Positions 1 to 9,800 of a stretch of 64,000 bases of DNA are shown here, piece by piece. The notes under the pieces are model-generated. The model had not been told where the DNA came from and searched no databases. It saw nothing but the letters and a program-made list of their open reading frames with translations. The number at the start of each line of letters is the position of its first letter. Positions within the stretch are counted from its first letter, which is position 1. Source of the DNA: Obrimoposthia wandeli. Taxonomy: Eukaryota. The position numbers and the translations under genes are program-made. The stretch is from the NCBI GenBank assembly GCA_977020255.1, contig CDROCS010001655.1:248001-312000 (forward strand), read 5' to 3'.

Positions 1-1
1 G

Positions 2-2538
2 AATAATAAATTCCATTATGCTGCAATTCCCAGTTTAGATCGTCTTCTAAATTTAGATAATGGAGCCTTACCGGTTAGGATAAGGTGTAAGTGGTGTCAT
101 AGATGTTTGCATGGATTCCGATCCGAGCTCTCTTACAGCAAACATCTCACATTATGTTCACTGAATCCTGATGACAATACGCTATATAGCATGCCTAAGG
201 ATAAGGATTTAAAATTCAGGGATTGGGCAAAATGCATAACCGTGGAATTCAGGGTGTATGCAGATTTTGAGTCAATTTTAGCATTGCACGACCAGTATGA
301 GAGTATTCACCTATCGGCTTCGGCAGGACTACTATTCTTAGGCCCCAATATTACACAGTATCATAAATTTTCCGGTCCAAATTGTATTTTAGATTTTATG
401 TTAAAATTAGAAGAATTAGGAACAACAATTGTCAAACCGTGGTATGATCTTAATGCTCATCAAGAAATGATCATGACAGGCATAGACTGGATTAATTTTA
501 ATTTTTGTAGATTATGTTATTCGTGTGGAACCCAGTCTAAGTTAGTCAGAGATCACGATCATGTTACGGGGCGATACTTGGGAGCGGCGTGCAACCTCTG
601 TAACCTTGGCCGTCGTCTCCCTAAAAAATCACGAATTCCAATCGTGTTTCATAACCTCAAAGGATATGATTTGAATCATATACTTAAATATGCGTTGGGT
701 ACATTAAGCTCTTGGGAAATTTCATGTATACCTCAAACTTCAGAGCAATATTTATCTTTAACTGCATTTACTGAATTCTGCAGTTCAAGATTCATAAATT
801 CTCTGCAGTTTTTGAGCGGGTCTTTAAAAAATTTAATGGCATCTTTAAATGCATGGCCAATCACATAGTCAGTGTTCCCAGCTTCGGTTAATGATAAGGG
901 GATTTTTCCGTATAAATTTGCGAAAACCTTTGCAGATTTAGAAAATATCACAGAAATCCCACCCATAACTGAATTTGAGGGTGTAAGTCTTCAAGGCTAT
1001 AATGAGGCCCGTACATTTTGGGCGAATAATTGTCGAAATCTTTTAGAATATATGCTTTATTATATGAAATTAGACATTTATCTTTTAGCTGATGTTTTTG
1101 AGTCCTTTCGTGTAAAGTCTTTAGCAGAAGATGGGCTAGATCCCATGCATTTCTTTAGTTTACCTGGTCTTTCATGGGCAACAGCAATAAAAACTCTTAA
1201 AATTAATATCGAGTTACTGCAAGATCCCGCGATGTATCAAATGTATGATTATGGTATACGCAGTGGAATGACTTTTGTCAACAAACATCATGTTGTCAAA
1301 AATCAATCCACAGAGATTCTGTACATCGACATTAATAATTTGTATGGGTGGGCGCTTAGTCAACCTCTGCCGCATGCCAATTTTAAGTGGGTTTATGATG
1401 AGGAAGAGTTGAATAAGTTGATGACATATTTGGCTACTGTTGATATAGTTTTATCAGACATCGGCTATTTGGTTGAGGTTGACTTAACAATCCCTTCCAA
1501 TGTTCATGATAAATTAGATGATCTTCCAATAGCGCCTGTTCATCAATACTCACCTAATTCAAAGGTTAAAAAATTATTGTTAACCCATGAAGACAAGTTG
1601 AATTATATTGTGCATTGGCGGCTTCTTCGATTCTACTTAAAGTTGGGAGCGAAAGTTACTCAAATTCATCGTGCTATAAGCTTCAGTCAAAACTTTGTGT
1701 TTAAAGACTATATTGAGAAGAATTCTAGAAAACGTAATTTGGCCACTAACAAATTCGATCGGGATTTTTACAAGTTAAAAAGTAATAGCCTCTTTGGATA
1801 AACTGTAGAGGACTTGCGGAAACGTATTTGTCTACGGTTTTGCAATGATGAACGTAAACTAATAACATATACTAGCAAGCACAACTTCAAGCGTAGTTTT
1901 ACAATTCCAGATGACTTGGTAGCAGTGTTATTAGGAAAACAGAGTATTTGTCTTGATCGACCGAGTTATATAGGTTAAACGGTTTTAGACATTTCTAAAC
2001 TCAGAAAGTATGAGCTTCAATACATAGAATTGGAGAAATATCGACGAGAATTCAATTGTGAGATTAAAATTGCAGCTGGGGACACTGACTCTTTCTTTTT
2101 AGAATATAGGAATGTTAGTTTAAATAATCAATTATTACTGGCAATGTTTAAGGACAACTTATTAGATACCCATAAATATCCCGCTAACCATCCTCTACAC
2201 TCTATGAGTTTAAAGGATATTATCGGGAAATTTAAGGATGAAAGCGATGGACAGGTTTCGTATGATGATTGTATTTTCCTACGCCCTAAATGCTACAGTT
2301 TACATGCATCTAATAATACATGTTCAATGAGAGCAAAGGGTGTGGGAAGAAACAATCTTAAACATGAGGCATACCGGAAAGTTTATGATACTGGGTGTAT
2401 TGAAAGCGTTGATTTATTTCAAGAGCCCATCAACTGTATTCCCATAAATCAACAAAAATCGCTTTGAGTAGTAATGACGATAAGCGCTTTTGGGTAGAAA
2501 AGAACGCTAGCCTGGCTTATTGACACTTCCGAATTTAA
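2..2538 (+). pseudogene. polB: Protein-primed family B DNA polymerase (pPolB), 5'-truncated by the window edge, disrupted
   Basis: One frame open from base 2: HYAAIPSLDRLL..WCHRCLHGF..KHLTLC (C2H2), CYSC..VRDHDHVTGRYLGAACNLCNL (EndoVII-like), FHNLKGYD (ExoII), YMKLDIYLLADVFESFR (ExoIII), YIDINNLYG (A), KLKSNSLFG[K] (B), GDTDS (C), KIALSSNDDKR..LAY[G]HFRI. Stops at 866-868, 1799-1801, 1976-1978 and 2521-2523; ~10-nt deletion near 2412 relative to copy 2. Confidence 0.95.
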
Positions 2539-2803
2539 ACGGTTTTCATTTTTTGATTTTTTTAGTTTAGTTTTTTAAAATTTTAGATCCCTATTGCACC
2601 TAGACTCTAACTTATTGTTATTTCAAAACATTTTTTAGGATGGACCTTATCTTTACTGACAGACCTCGTTGTGATGTTGTTTTTAATAAATGTATTAAAA
2701 AAAATGTCGTCTTATGTCTTTTATTATTTTACCCTTATATTTTTAGGGATTTAAAAAAAATAATTCAAAATAAAACATTTAAAATTTTTATTTTTATAAC
2801 ACA

Positions 2804-3184
2804 CTAATCATTTTGCAACGATAACCATAAAATACATAAATGTCCGCAGTTTCTCGTCGCAGGATCCTGATATTGTATCTTGTTGTAAAATACTCTTCTT
2901 CGTCCTTTTTGAATAGTTGAAACAAGTTTGTGTGGATAATACATTGCAAGTGGATCAAATACATGTATTGTCCACTCTCTAACATAAATGGCTATCCAAT
3001 GTTCTCCTTGTAAATTCGAAGTATGAGTATTGATAATGTATCTTCCAGATTGAAAAAATGGAATCATATCAATAGGATAAACTCCATTGAATTTATCACC
3101 CAGGACCTTCTCTGCTGATTCTTTTACTTGTTTTGAACTAAATAAAAATTAATAAATATAAATTTAAAATATGTCTTACTCCAT
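2804..3184 (-). CDS. Adenain-like cysteine maturation protease, two exons: complement(join 3180..3184, 2804..3137), 112 aa
   Basis: GEHW (His), FDP (Asp), YQ..CGHLC (Gln, Cys). ATGGA|GTAAGA..TTTAG|TTCAAAA splicing of a 42-nt intron (3138-3179) gives MDSKQVKESAEKVLGDKFNGVYPIDMIP in frame with the ORF-track ORF. The same intron is present in copy 2. Confidence 0.88.
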
Positions 3185-3185
3185 T

Positions 3186-4413
3186 CTATAATATGACAGT
3201 TCTGTTTTTATTGATTTGTATTTCCGAATCAAATACTCCGTAAATAAGCACCGTAGTAGGATTTGTTAAAGCTGCATTGAACTTAATTTCTAGTCGTAAA
3301 TTTCCATCCTTTGGTAGTTGGCATTGGTTTATATCAAAGTCTGGTGCCAAAACAAATGTGAAGAACGGGCAGCTGTTTTTAAAGTCAGTGAAAGAAATAC
3401 CATTGTTTATATTTTTATCTAGTTGGCCCAAATTCCGAATAATAGATTGCGTATAAGCCAAAGCATAAACGTTACCTTCGAAATCTGTTTTATATGTTTC
3501 ACGATAATCAGTATTTCTTGAAAGTGTCACTGAACCTACATTAAGATTGTCAAATTGAGTTGCATCTGTCGTATAATTTCCTAGAAACTTTGCAGTTTTT
3601 AGAAAAGAAATTAAAATGAATTTCGGTAATCTTACATCACCAAAAATTTGATCCTTATTAAAAGCTTGTGTACCCGTACCTAAAGAGTAGGATATAAGTT
3701 TAGTTTCTCTAATAGAATAACAAGCATTGTTTTTTTCCATTCCTATATTATGTGCCATTAAAACTGATTGCTCGGTTTTAACTCTTCGGACATACAATTT
3801 TGCATCCAAAATATAAAGTGTAGGTTTTAGAACGTCTGTGCTTATCAAAGAAAAATTCCATTTATTACGTTTCAAACGAAAATGTACATTAACACAAGGA
3901 ATTAAATATTTCGGTTGTTCAAAGAAATTCAATTTCAAAAACCCACACATTTCGTAAGCTTTAGAACCTGCAATCCATTCTTTGCGAGTTGCGACCGTTT
4001 TATCATAACCAATGGTTGCCAAATTAGTATTTTGAGTATCAGTACTATAATTCAAAAGACTTTCAATCAAAGCTTTATGAGCATAGGAAGATTTTCCACC
4101 TTCAATTTTGACATTATTAAGAGTAACAATGGCATCACTAAATAAAGAATTAAATAGATAATTTACAGGTGTTACATCTGCATTTTCATCTAAATTAGTA
4201 CCATCCCGATTTAATACTTTTATTTGAACATAAAGCAAAGTATCATTCAAATCTAAATACTCGCTATTGGAACCATTAATATTAAATTCTAAATCGGTTA
4301 AAGTGGTTCCTGAAACTGAGTTAACTAGAAATATTTCTTCAAAGGAAGCATTATCTACCACTACTTGTGGTATACAATTACAAAATACACAATACAGTTT
4401 TGGCGCAACTCAT
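3186..4413 (-). pseudogene. Major capsid protein (double jelly-roll, hexon-like/PY), one frameshift near the 5' end
   Basis: EYLDLNDTLLYVQIKV, NYLFNSLFSDAIVTLNNVKIE, YLIPCVNVHFRLKRN, PKFILISF, GNLRLEIKF..LIYGVFDSEIQINKNRTV match Polinton MCPs. ATG at 4413 (MSCAKTVL) is one base out of frame with PQVVVDNASFEEI. Confidence 0.88.
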
Positions 4414-4787
4414 TTTGCAAATATTGTTCCTTCAACTTTCTTATGTTTGTTTATATTGATTTTTTGCTTCTTTTTACTTTTAAATCCACTTCCTCCTTGG
4501 CTTTTATTTGATTTACGTTTTCTAATCAAATTAGCAATTTCAGGTAAAACATTATCAAGTTCATTAAGCGAATGCTTCTTAAAAGTTGGTATTAGTTTAT
4601 TGTCCTTAGATGAAAGGTAGTCCTTTCCTAATTTTGATATAAATCGCCCGAGTCTCTTTAAAAGAGGAAAGGCAAATCTACCTAATGTTCTAAGCCAGCC
4701 AGATCCGTATTGTTTACCAACAAAATATGGTAATTCTCCACCTTGTTGGCTTTGACTATAAGCTTCAATTATTGCTGGATTCGCCAT
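4410..4787 (-). CDS. Small basic core-like virion protein with Gly-rich motifs and an amphipathic segment
   Basis: Intact 125 aa ORF: QQGGELPYFVGKQYGSGWLRTLGRFAFPLLKRLG and a Lys-rich C-terminus. Sits between penton and MCP; conserved in copy 2. Confidence 0.7.
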   Translation of the reverse strand: MANPAIIEAYSQSQQGGELPYFVGKQYGSGWLRTLGRFAFPLLKRLGRFISKLGKDYLSSKDNKLIPTFKKHSLNELDNVLPEIANLIRKRKSNKSQGGSGFKSKKKQKININKHKKVEGTIFAK

Positions 4788-5828
4788 TTTGTTTTCTTAA
4801 ATGTATTGTTAAACTTGTCTTGGCCCCGTACGTGAAATCTATTAGTTGTCCGGAATCATCTCTAATATTTACTTCAATATTGTTTATAGAAAAGAGAGAA
4901 ACTGGAAGATACATTGGTTGATCTATACACATACCGACAGCGTCCCCATCTCTAGTTTCATTTTTAGATATCCATATTGTTCTCAAAAGTGGAACTCGCC
5001 GTCTTCCTACAAGCGTTGGTTCTATTAAATTAGTATAAATATATAAAGATTAACAGCATTTAAAAGTTTTGCCTTATTTTTAGCTTTTATGGTTTTTATT
5101 GTATGGGTTTCAAAGGTATTTCTGTTTAAACCAAGGTTTTTAGCGAGTTTATCATCAAATAAAACTCGTATTATATTGCTCTTTACTGTAAACGTTATTT
5201 TACCATTTTTTAATGTTACACATTTATCGAAATATTCACTACATTCCTTCTGTATTAATTTACAGAAATTCACTTCACTATCTAATTTATAATCTTTTGA
5301 AAACATTTTCAGTTCCACTACATACTTTGGTCTCGTTTTAACTAAAAACACTTTTGTTACTCTATCAGGAACATTTTTAAACGATTTACATGAGGCTATA
5401 TCAGATCTCTTCATAACTTCTACATGTATACTGTCAAAACCGAATTGAAGAGCTTCTCTATCAGATCCAAATATAATTTGAATAGGTTTAAAAAAATGTT
5501 TTAGTATATTTTTAAATCTGACTTTGTTTTTTTCATATATTACTTTCACTTCTTTATCTATACAATTGTAATAGAATTTTCCTTTACTATCAAACCCAAT
5601 CACAACTTCAATTGATTTTTCATGATCAATTTCTTTTGTAAACGAAATATGTGAGTTTTTTCTGATAGTAATTGGAGAATAATAAAAGGAAAATTCTGTT
5701 AAAGCCGCTTCCCATTCTCCTTGGAGATTTATAGGATTTTCCCAATCGATAATAAAGCTACTAGCGTAATTATCTGGTTGAGTCTTCGGACATCCGTTAC
5801 TAGGTAAAACCATATACGTAGACTTCAT
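4765..5828 (-). pseudogene. Minor capsid protein (penton/PX), one frameshift at ~5045
   Basis: N-term YMVLPSN..PDNYASSF..PINLQGEWEAALTEFSF; C-term YTNLIEPTLVG..VPLLRTI..PMYLPV..IEVNIRDDSGQLIDF..SLTIHLRK. Copy 2 reads LYIYTSLIEP in frame across the site. Confidence 0.88.
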
Positions 5829-6853
5829 ATTATATTAGATGCTGATATCCAAGTTGGATCTGAATAACCATGCCATTTAACATAGTATTGTTTATGTTTA
5901 CCGGCACCCTTAGATTTTAATATTTTTTGAATACGGAAAACGCTAGGTTTACTTGATATTACTTGTAGTTCTTGCTCGTAAAATTTACCGTGAACGATAT
6001 TATTGTCAGCATCTTTAATAGTATACATTATTGGATTACTCTTTTGATCAATTTTACTTATACAAAATATTTCATTGCTCCAATTCTGATCAAAGTTTTT
6101 AATAAATGGAGTAGAGCTAATTTTCGAAATTCAGACATATTCGTTTTTCTTATATTTAGCTTTTTTAATATTTTCTTTTTTATTCCTGTTCATCCAAATA
6201 TTCATAGAATTTGTATTAGTAACATCAACAGGTCTCATTCCCTTGAGATCTCTATGTTCCGAGTGATTATAGGCATGTATTATTTTAGGTAAAACTTGGA
6301 TCCATTTTTTATTTCCTTCTTTTGTGAAATACTTTTTTATTCGATCTCTTAGAGTACGATTAAATCTTTCTACTACTGCTGCTTTGTATTGTGAAAACAC
6401 AGAGTAATGATTTATATTATTTTGTTTAAATAAAGATTGAACTTGCTTATTATAAAATTCTTTTCCTAAATCAGTTTGCACATTTTGTGGAATGTCCTCT
6501 TTCAATATTTCTTTAATGGCTTCAAGCATAGCTATTGAAGACTTTGCTTTAACTGGAATTGCACGAGCAAACCTGCTAAATACATCAATACATGTTAAAA
6601 TATATCGATATCCCTTATTAATGGAAGAATATGGGATCATCTCCATCAAATCCATTTGCCATAAATTATTAGGACCGCTGGTTTTGTAAGCTCTAGTTGG
6701 AAACCTTCTTCTCATCGGCTTGTTCAGACTGTAGGCTAACTGGTCGCTCAGCCATTTCTGCGTTTTCTTGTAATTTTGTTTTGTTCTTTTTGCTAATTTT
6801 GAAACTCCTGTGTAGCCAATTGGATCTTTTGGATTGAACCATATCTTCTCCAT
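5825..6853 (-). pseudogene. Retroviral-type (rve) DDE integrase with C-terminal chromodomain, one premature stop
   Basis: KIWFNPKDP..GVSKL; DDE motifs WQMDL, QTDLGKEF, VVERFNRTL. YV*ISK (TGA 6131-6133, canonical VRISK) reads on in frame into YTIKD..GKFYEQELQ and the chromodomain FRIQKILK..YYVKWHGY..TWI. Confidence 0.93.
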
Positions 6854-6911
6854 TACAACAATTTGAATAGATAGAAAATTTAAGTTTTGGTAAAGAAGGG
6901 CTAGCACCCAT
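6693..6911 (-). CDS. Candidate small myristoylated protein overlapping the integrase 5' end in another frame
   Basis: ATG in good context (gatATGG) after a CAG acceptor-like site; starts MGASPS (MGxxxS) followed by NCC. Confidence 0.35.
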   Translation of the reverse strand: MGASPSLPKLKFSIYSNCCNGEDMVQSKRSNWLHRSFKISKKNKTKLQENAEMAERPVSLQSEQADEKKVSN

Positions 6912-6939
6912 ATCTTTAGCTGATTTTAGAAATAATTGT

Positions 6940-7269
6940 TTATGAACGTGTCGCAGCTATAATACTACTGATAATTGAAGCAACAACTGGAATAACAGCC
7001 CCTATGAAACCACCATTATGTTTAAGAATAATATTTCGTTTCCTTTTTTTACTTTTTACATTAGAAATATCTAAATGAGTTTTTATATATTTCTTTAATA
7101 TATTTTTCCGATTTCCAACTTTTACTCGACCCAAAACTATATCATACAAAACTTCCAATAAATCATCTACAACAAAGGATGGAAATGCTTTAAGAATAAT
7201 CATTCTCTTATTAGAAGAGGCTTTGACTAAAGCTTTAAAATAGGGTATGCTTCTTTGTATTTTCTTCAT
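6940..7269 (-). CDS. Polinton-type basic protein ending in GG-F plus an amphipathic helix
   Basis: Intact 109 aa ORF; LLEVLYDIVLGRV core and C-terminal HNGGFIGAVIPVVASIISSIIAATRS. Confidence 0.7.
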   Translation of the reverse strand: MKKIQRSIPYFKALVKASSNKRMIILKAFPSFVVDDLLEVLYDIVLGRVKVGNRKNILKKYIKTHLDISNVKSKKRKRNIILKHNGGFIGAVIPVVASIISSIIAATRS

Positions 7270-7300
7270 TTTAATAAAAAAGGTTCAATTTAAATATTGT

Positions 7301-7441
7301 TTATATTCGAAGCCATTTAAGTTTTTTTTTATTTTTAACTACAGATTTGATTAATTTTTTCACTTCTTTTTTCTTAATGATTCTTTATTTTGATTTCTTA
7401 GATTTTACTTTACGTTTTACTATCAACTTTGTAAAAGGCAT
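7301..7441 (-). pseudogene. Lys-rich micro-ORF (46 codons, one internal stop), candidate DNA-condensing peptide
   Basis: Hand translation MPFTKLIVKRKVKSKKSK*RIIKKKEVKKLIKSVVKNKKKLKWLRI; fills the gap between the ATPase stop and the next gene. Confidence 0.45.
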
Positions 7442-7448
7442 TGCGAAT

Positions 7449-8096
7449 TTATTTTTTATAATTGTTCTCTATTTGTTTATAAACAGTTACTCCCTTAGAA
7501 TTAAATATGTCTGTTAAAACACGTAAATCATCTGGGCAAGCTTGTGTAAAGTCAATAAATATATACCCATGTGCTTGTTTAGCAGCATCGTGGAATGAAT
7601 AAACTAGAAAGTTCTTATTTTGAGGAAATGCCTGTCTGGCCACAAAATCAACAACTGTTTGATCTCTAGGATTTTTAAATAAAACTAAGTAAGGTACATT
7701 AAGATTTCTTGTTCTATGGTGACCTCCTTGGTGAAAAAGATTTTGAGTGATAAATATAACTGTTACTTCACGATGTCTTGCAATCTTTGTAAATAAATTA
7801 TTAAAGTCTGATTCCTTGTTAGCCTCCTCATACAAATCATCAATTATTATTACATCTTATTTTTTCAATCTTTCACACCAATTTGCATCAAATCCTTCAA
7901 TAAATTTTATACCCTTCAACTTGCAAACTTCTGTTTTGGTTAACCCGCTTTCCCCTCCTCCACCATGATGCCAATAAATATTTTTGAAACTAAATTTGAA
8001 AAGAGATTCATTTTGCAACAATTTACATACGAAATGTGTCTTTCCACTTCCACTGGGACCAACTATTTGAAATACAGCATTATTATTTAGCTGCAT
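7449..8096 (-). pseudogene. A32/FtsK-family genome-packaging ATPase, one premature stop
   Basis: Walker A GPSGSGKT; TAA at 7857-7859 directly before Walker B DVIIIDD in the same frame; RHREVTVIFITQNLF, RTRNLNVPYLVLFKNPRD. Confidence 0.93.
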
Positions 8097-8134
8097 TGCA
8101 TATACTCTTTCATTTTTTAATATTGTTTATATTA

Positions 8135-8407
8135 TCATAGAAGTTTCCTTATTGAAATGTACAATGTTAGAACGATTGTAGATGAAATACAAAAATTAAT
8201 TAATGAATATTTGGCTATAATTTTAATTATTTGTGTACGATTTCTAAATTCTCGAATAACGTGTGATCTAACCAATATTTCAATGTTATCTCTTGTTATA
8301 TCATTATTTTTTAATTCTGATAAAATTTCTTTATCCCTAATTTTTCCAGAAAATATTTCGTCGGCAAGCCGATCCACTTCATTGTCTCTATTTATAGTAT
8401 TATTCAT
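8135..8407 (-). CDS. Small ORF (90 aa) with a C-terminal hydrophobic segment, unknown function
   Basis: Intact ORF in the element's minus-strand block; ends IIAKYSLINFCISSTIVLTLYISIRKLL. Confidence 0.5.
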   Translation of the reverse strand: MNNTINRDNEVDRLADEIFSGKIRDKEILSELKNNDITRDNIEILVRSHVIREFRNRTQIIKIIAKYSLINFCISSTIVLTLYISIRKLL

Positions 8408-8435
8408 TTGAAACAATAAGTTTAAACGGGTTTGT

Positions 8436-8932
8436 TTATAGAAAAGATAACAAGATGTAATAAGATATATTTTCTAAAATCAAATCAACAATGTTTGGAC
8501 AATCAAAATTTTTCAATCCCAATATAATAACTTTACCACTGGAAAATATATTTACACATAGCGGTTTAAACTTCAAATAACTGAGAGCAGGAAAATTTTC
8601 TGGTTCAAACATGCATTCTTCTTTCATTTTCTCTGCAGTTTTAAAAAGATTTATCTGTTTCCCGAGATTAGCCGAAATCGTGATTGATTGTATTGCAGTG
8701 ATTCGAATTCCAAATGGTAAATTGAACCCAAGTATTGGTATTTTGCATCCCATAACACGACAATTTCCTAAAAGAATTCAATATGGAAATAAAAAAACTA
8801 ACCTGTAGGAAAAATAACAACTGTGAAATTGTCAAACCTTTCCACATATTGTCTCGGCTTCCATTCATTGAATGGTAAGTACGAAACATCATCTTCTGTT
8901 CTACCTTTATAATTTATATTTACGAGTTTCAT
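8436..8932 (-). CDS. TATA-binding-protein-like protein, two exons: complement(join 8803..8932, 8436..8767), 153 aa
   Basis: Repeat 2: SITISANLGKQINL..FEPENFPALSYLKFKPLCVNIFSSGKVIILGLK (cf. TBP YEPELFPGLIYRM..LIFVSGKVVLTGAK). Removing a 35-nt GT-AG intron (8768-8802) restores repeat 1 MKLVNINYKG..VVIFPTGNCRVMGCK. Confidence 0.82.
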
Positions 8933-9181
8933 TAGACTAAAATTGTATTCTATAAAATCTTCTTTATATATGTCTGAACCTGCTTTTTTATTGCACGTTT
9001 CTTGTAATTATCTTGCAAACCTATTATAATTTGATGATATATTTCTTCCAATCAAATTTGATTTTTAATAAGGATTTAGTCCAATCAAATTCAATGCTGT
9101 AGTTATATTAACCAATGAGATTCATGTCTTTGTTAGAAATTAGTATAAAAGAATGCGTCATTGGAGGACAAATCATAGTAA
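8933..9181. promoter_or_regulatory. Candidate bidirectional Pol II promoter
   Basis: Minus strand TATATAAA (8970-8963) with TTAGT Inr-like at 8940-8936; plus strand TATAAAA 9144-9150; CCAAT at 9048, 9081 and 9112. Confidence 0.5.
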
Positions 9182-9662
9182 ATGCATTCATATCAAAGAC
9201 AATTATCAACGATGGATGATAGCCAACGGGTATTAAACGATGAGGAAGATATAGAAATGTTTGAAGAATCGGATAAGGATATGTATGAAGAAGTGAAACA
9301 ATATTTCAAATACAAAGTCAGATTCTTGAAGAAGGCTCAACTGATTGCTTTAGTAAATCCTGTGACAATTGAAAGAATAAAGTTCAGCTACTATCTATCA
9401 TATATTCAAAAACCAGATTTTCAATATCTTAAACAGAAAGTTGAAAAGGCAGTTCCGAATTTTACTTTCAATAAGAACGAACTTTATATCCGAGGACCCG
9501 ATGAAGCATTTCAAGATGACTATGGAAGATATGTTGATATTGACATTTCCAAAAAAGAAGCAATGGACTGTAACAATTCGACTTTATGGTTACAAGAAAG
9601 ATGAAATGGGGACAAAGTTGCCTATGTGGAAAATTGAACGTGCTCATATTTCTATGTTTTAA
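9182..9662 (+). pseudogene. Accessory ORF A (paralogue of ORF B; possible OB-fold SSB), one frameshift at the A6 run ~9551-9556
   Basis: ORF 9182-9604 shifts into the frame ending QWTVTIRLYGYKKDEMGTKLPMWKIERAHISMF*; AATAAA at 9674. Confidence 0.6.
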
Positions 9663-9800
9663 CTTTTACGTGTAATAAATTGTAATCGGTTTTACTATAT
9701 TTCTTTCATTTAATAATCAGTTTTATTTATTTAAATATTTGTATCTTATATGTATTTTTTTTATAAACATTGTTTTTTTAATCAGTTTCCTTATTTTAGA

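Noticed and set aside
7857-7859. In-frame stops as an alternative genetic code or programmed readthrough
   Set aside because: The stops are of all three types, copy 2 has sense codons at the polB sites, and the host gene reads with the standard code.
3915-8808. Plus-strand ORFs antisense to element genes (e.g. 3915, 4267, 5089, 5972, 6492, 7747, 8157, 8611)
   Set aside because: Shadow frames of the minus-strand genes with no motifs.
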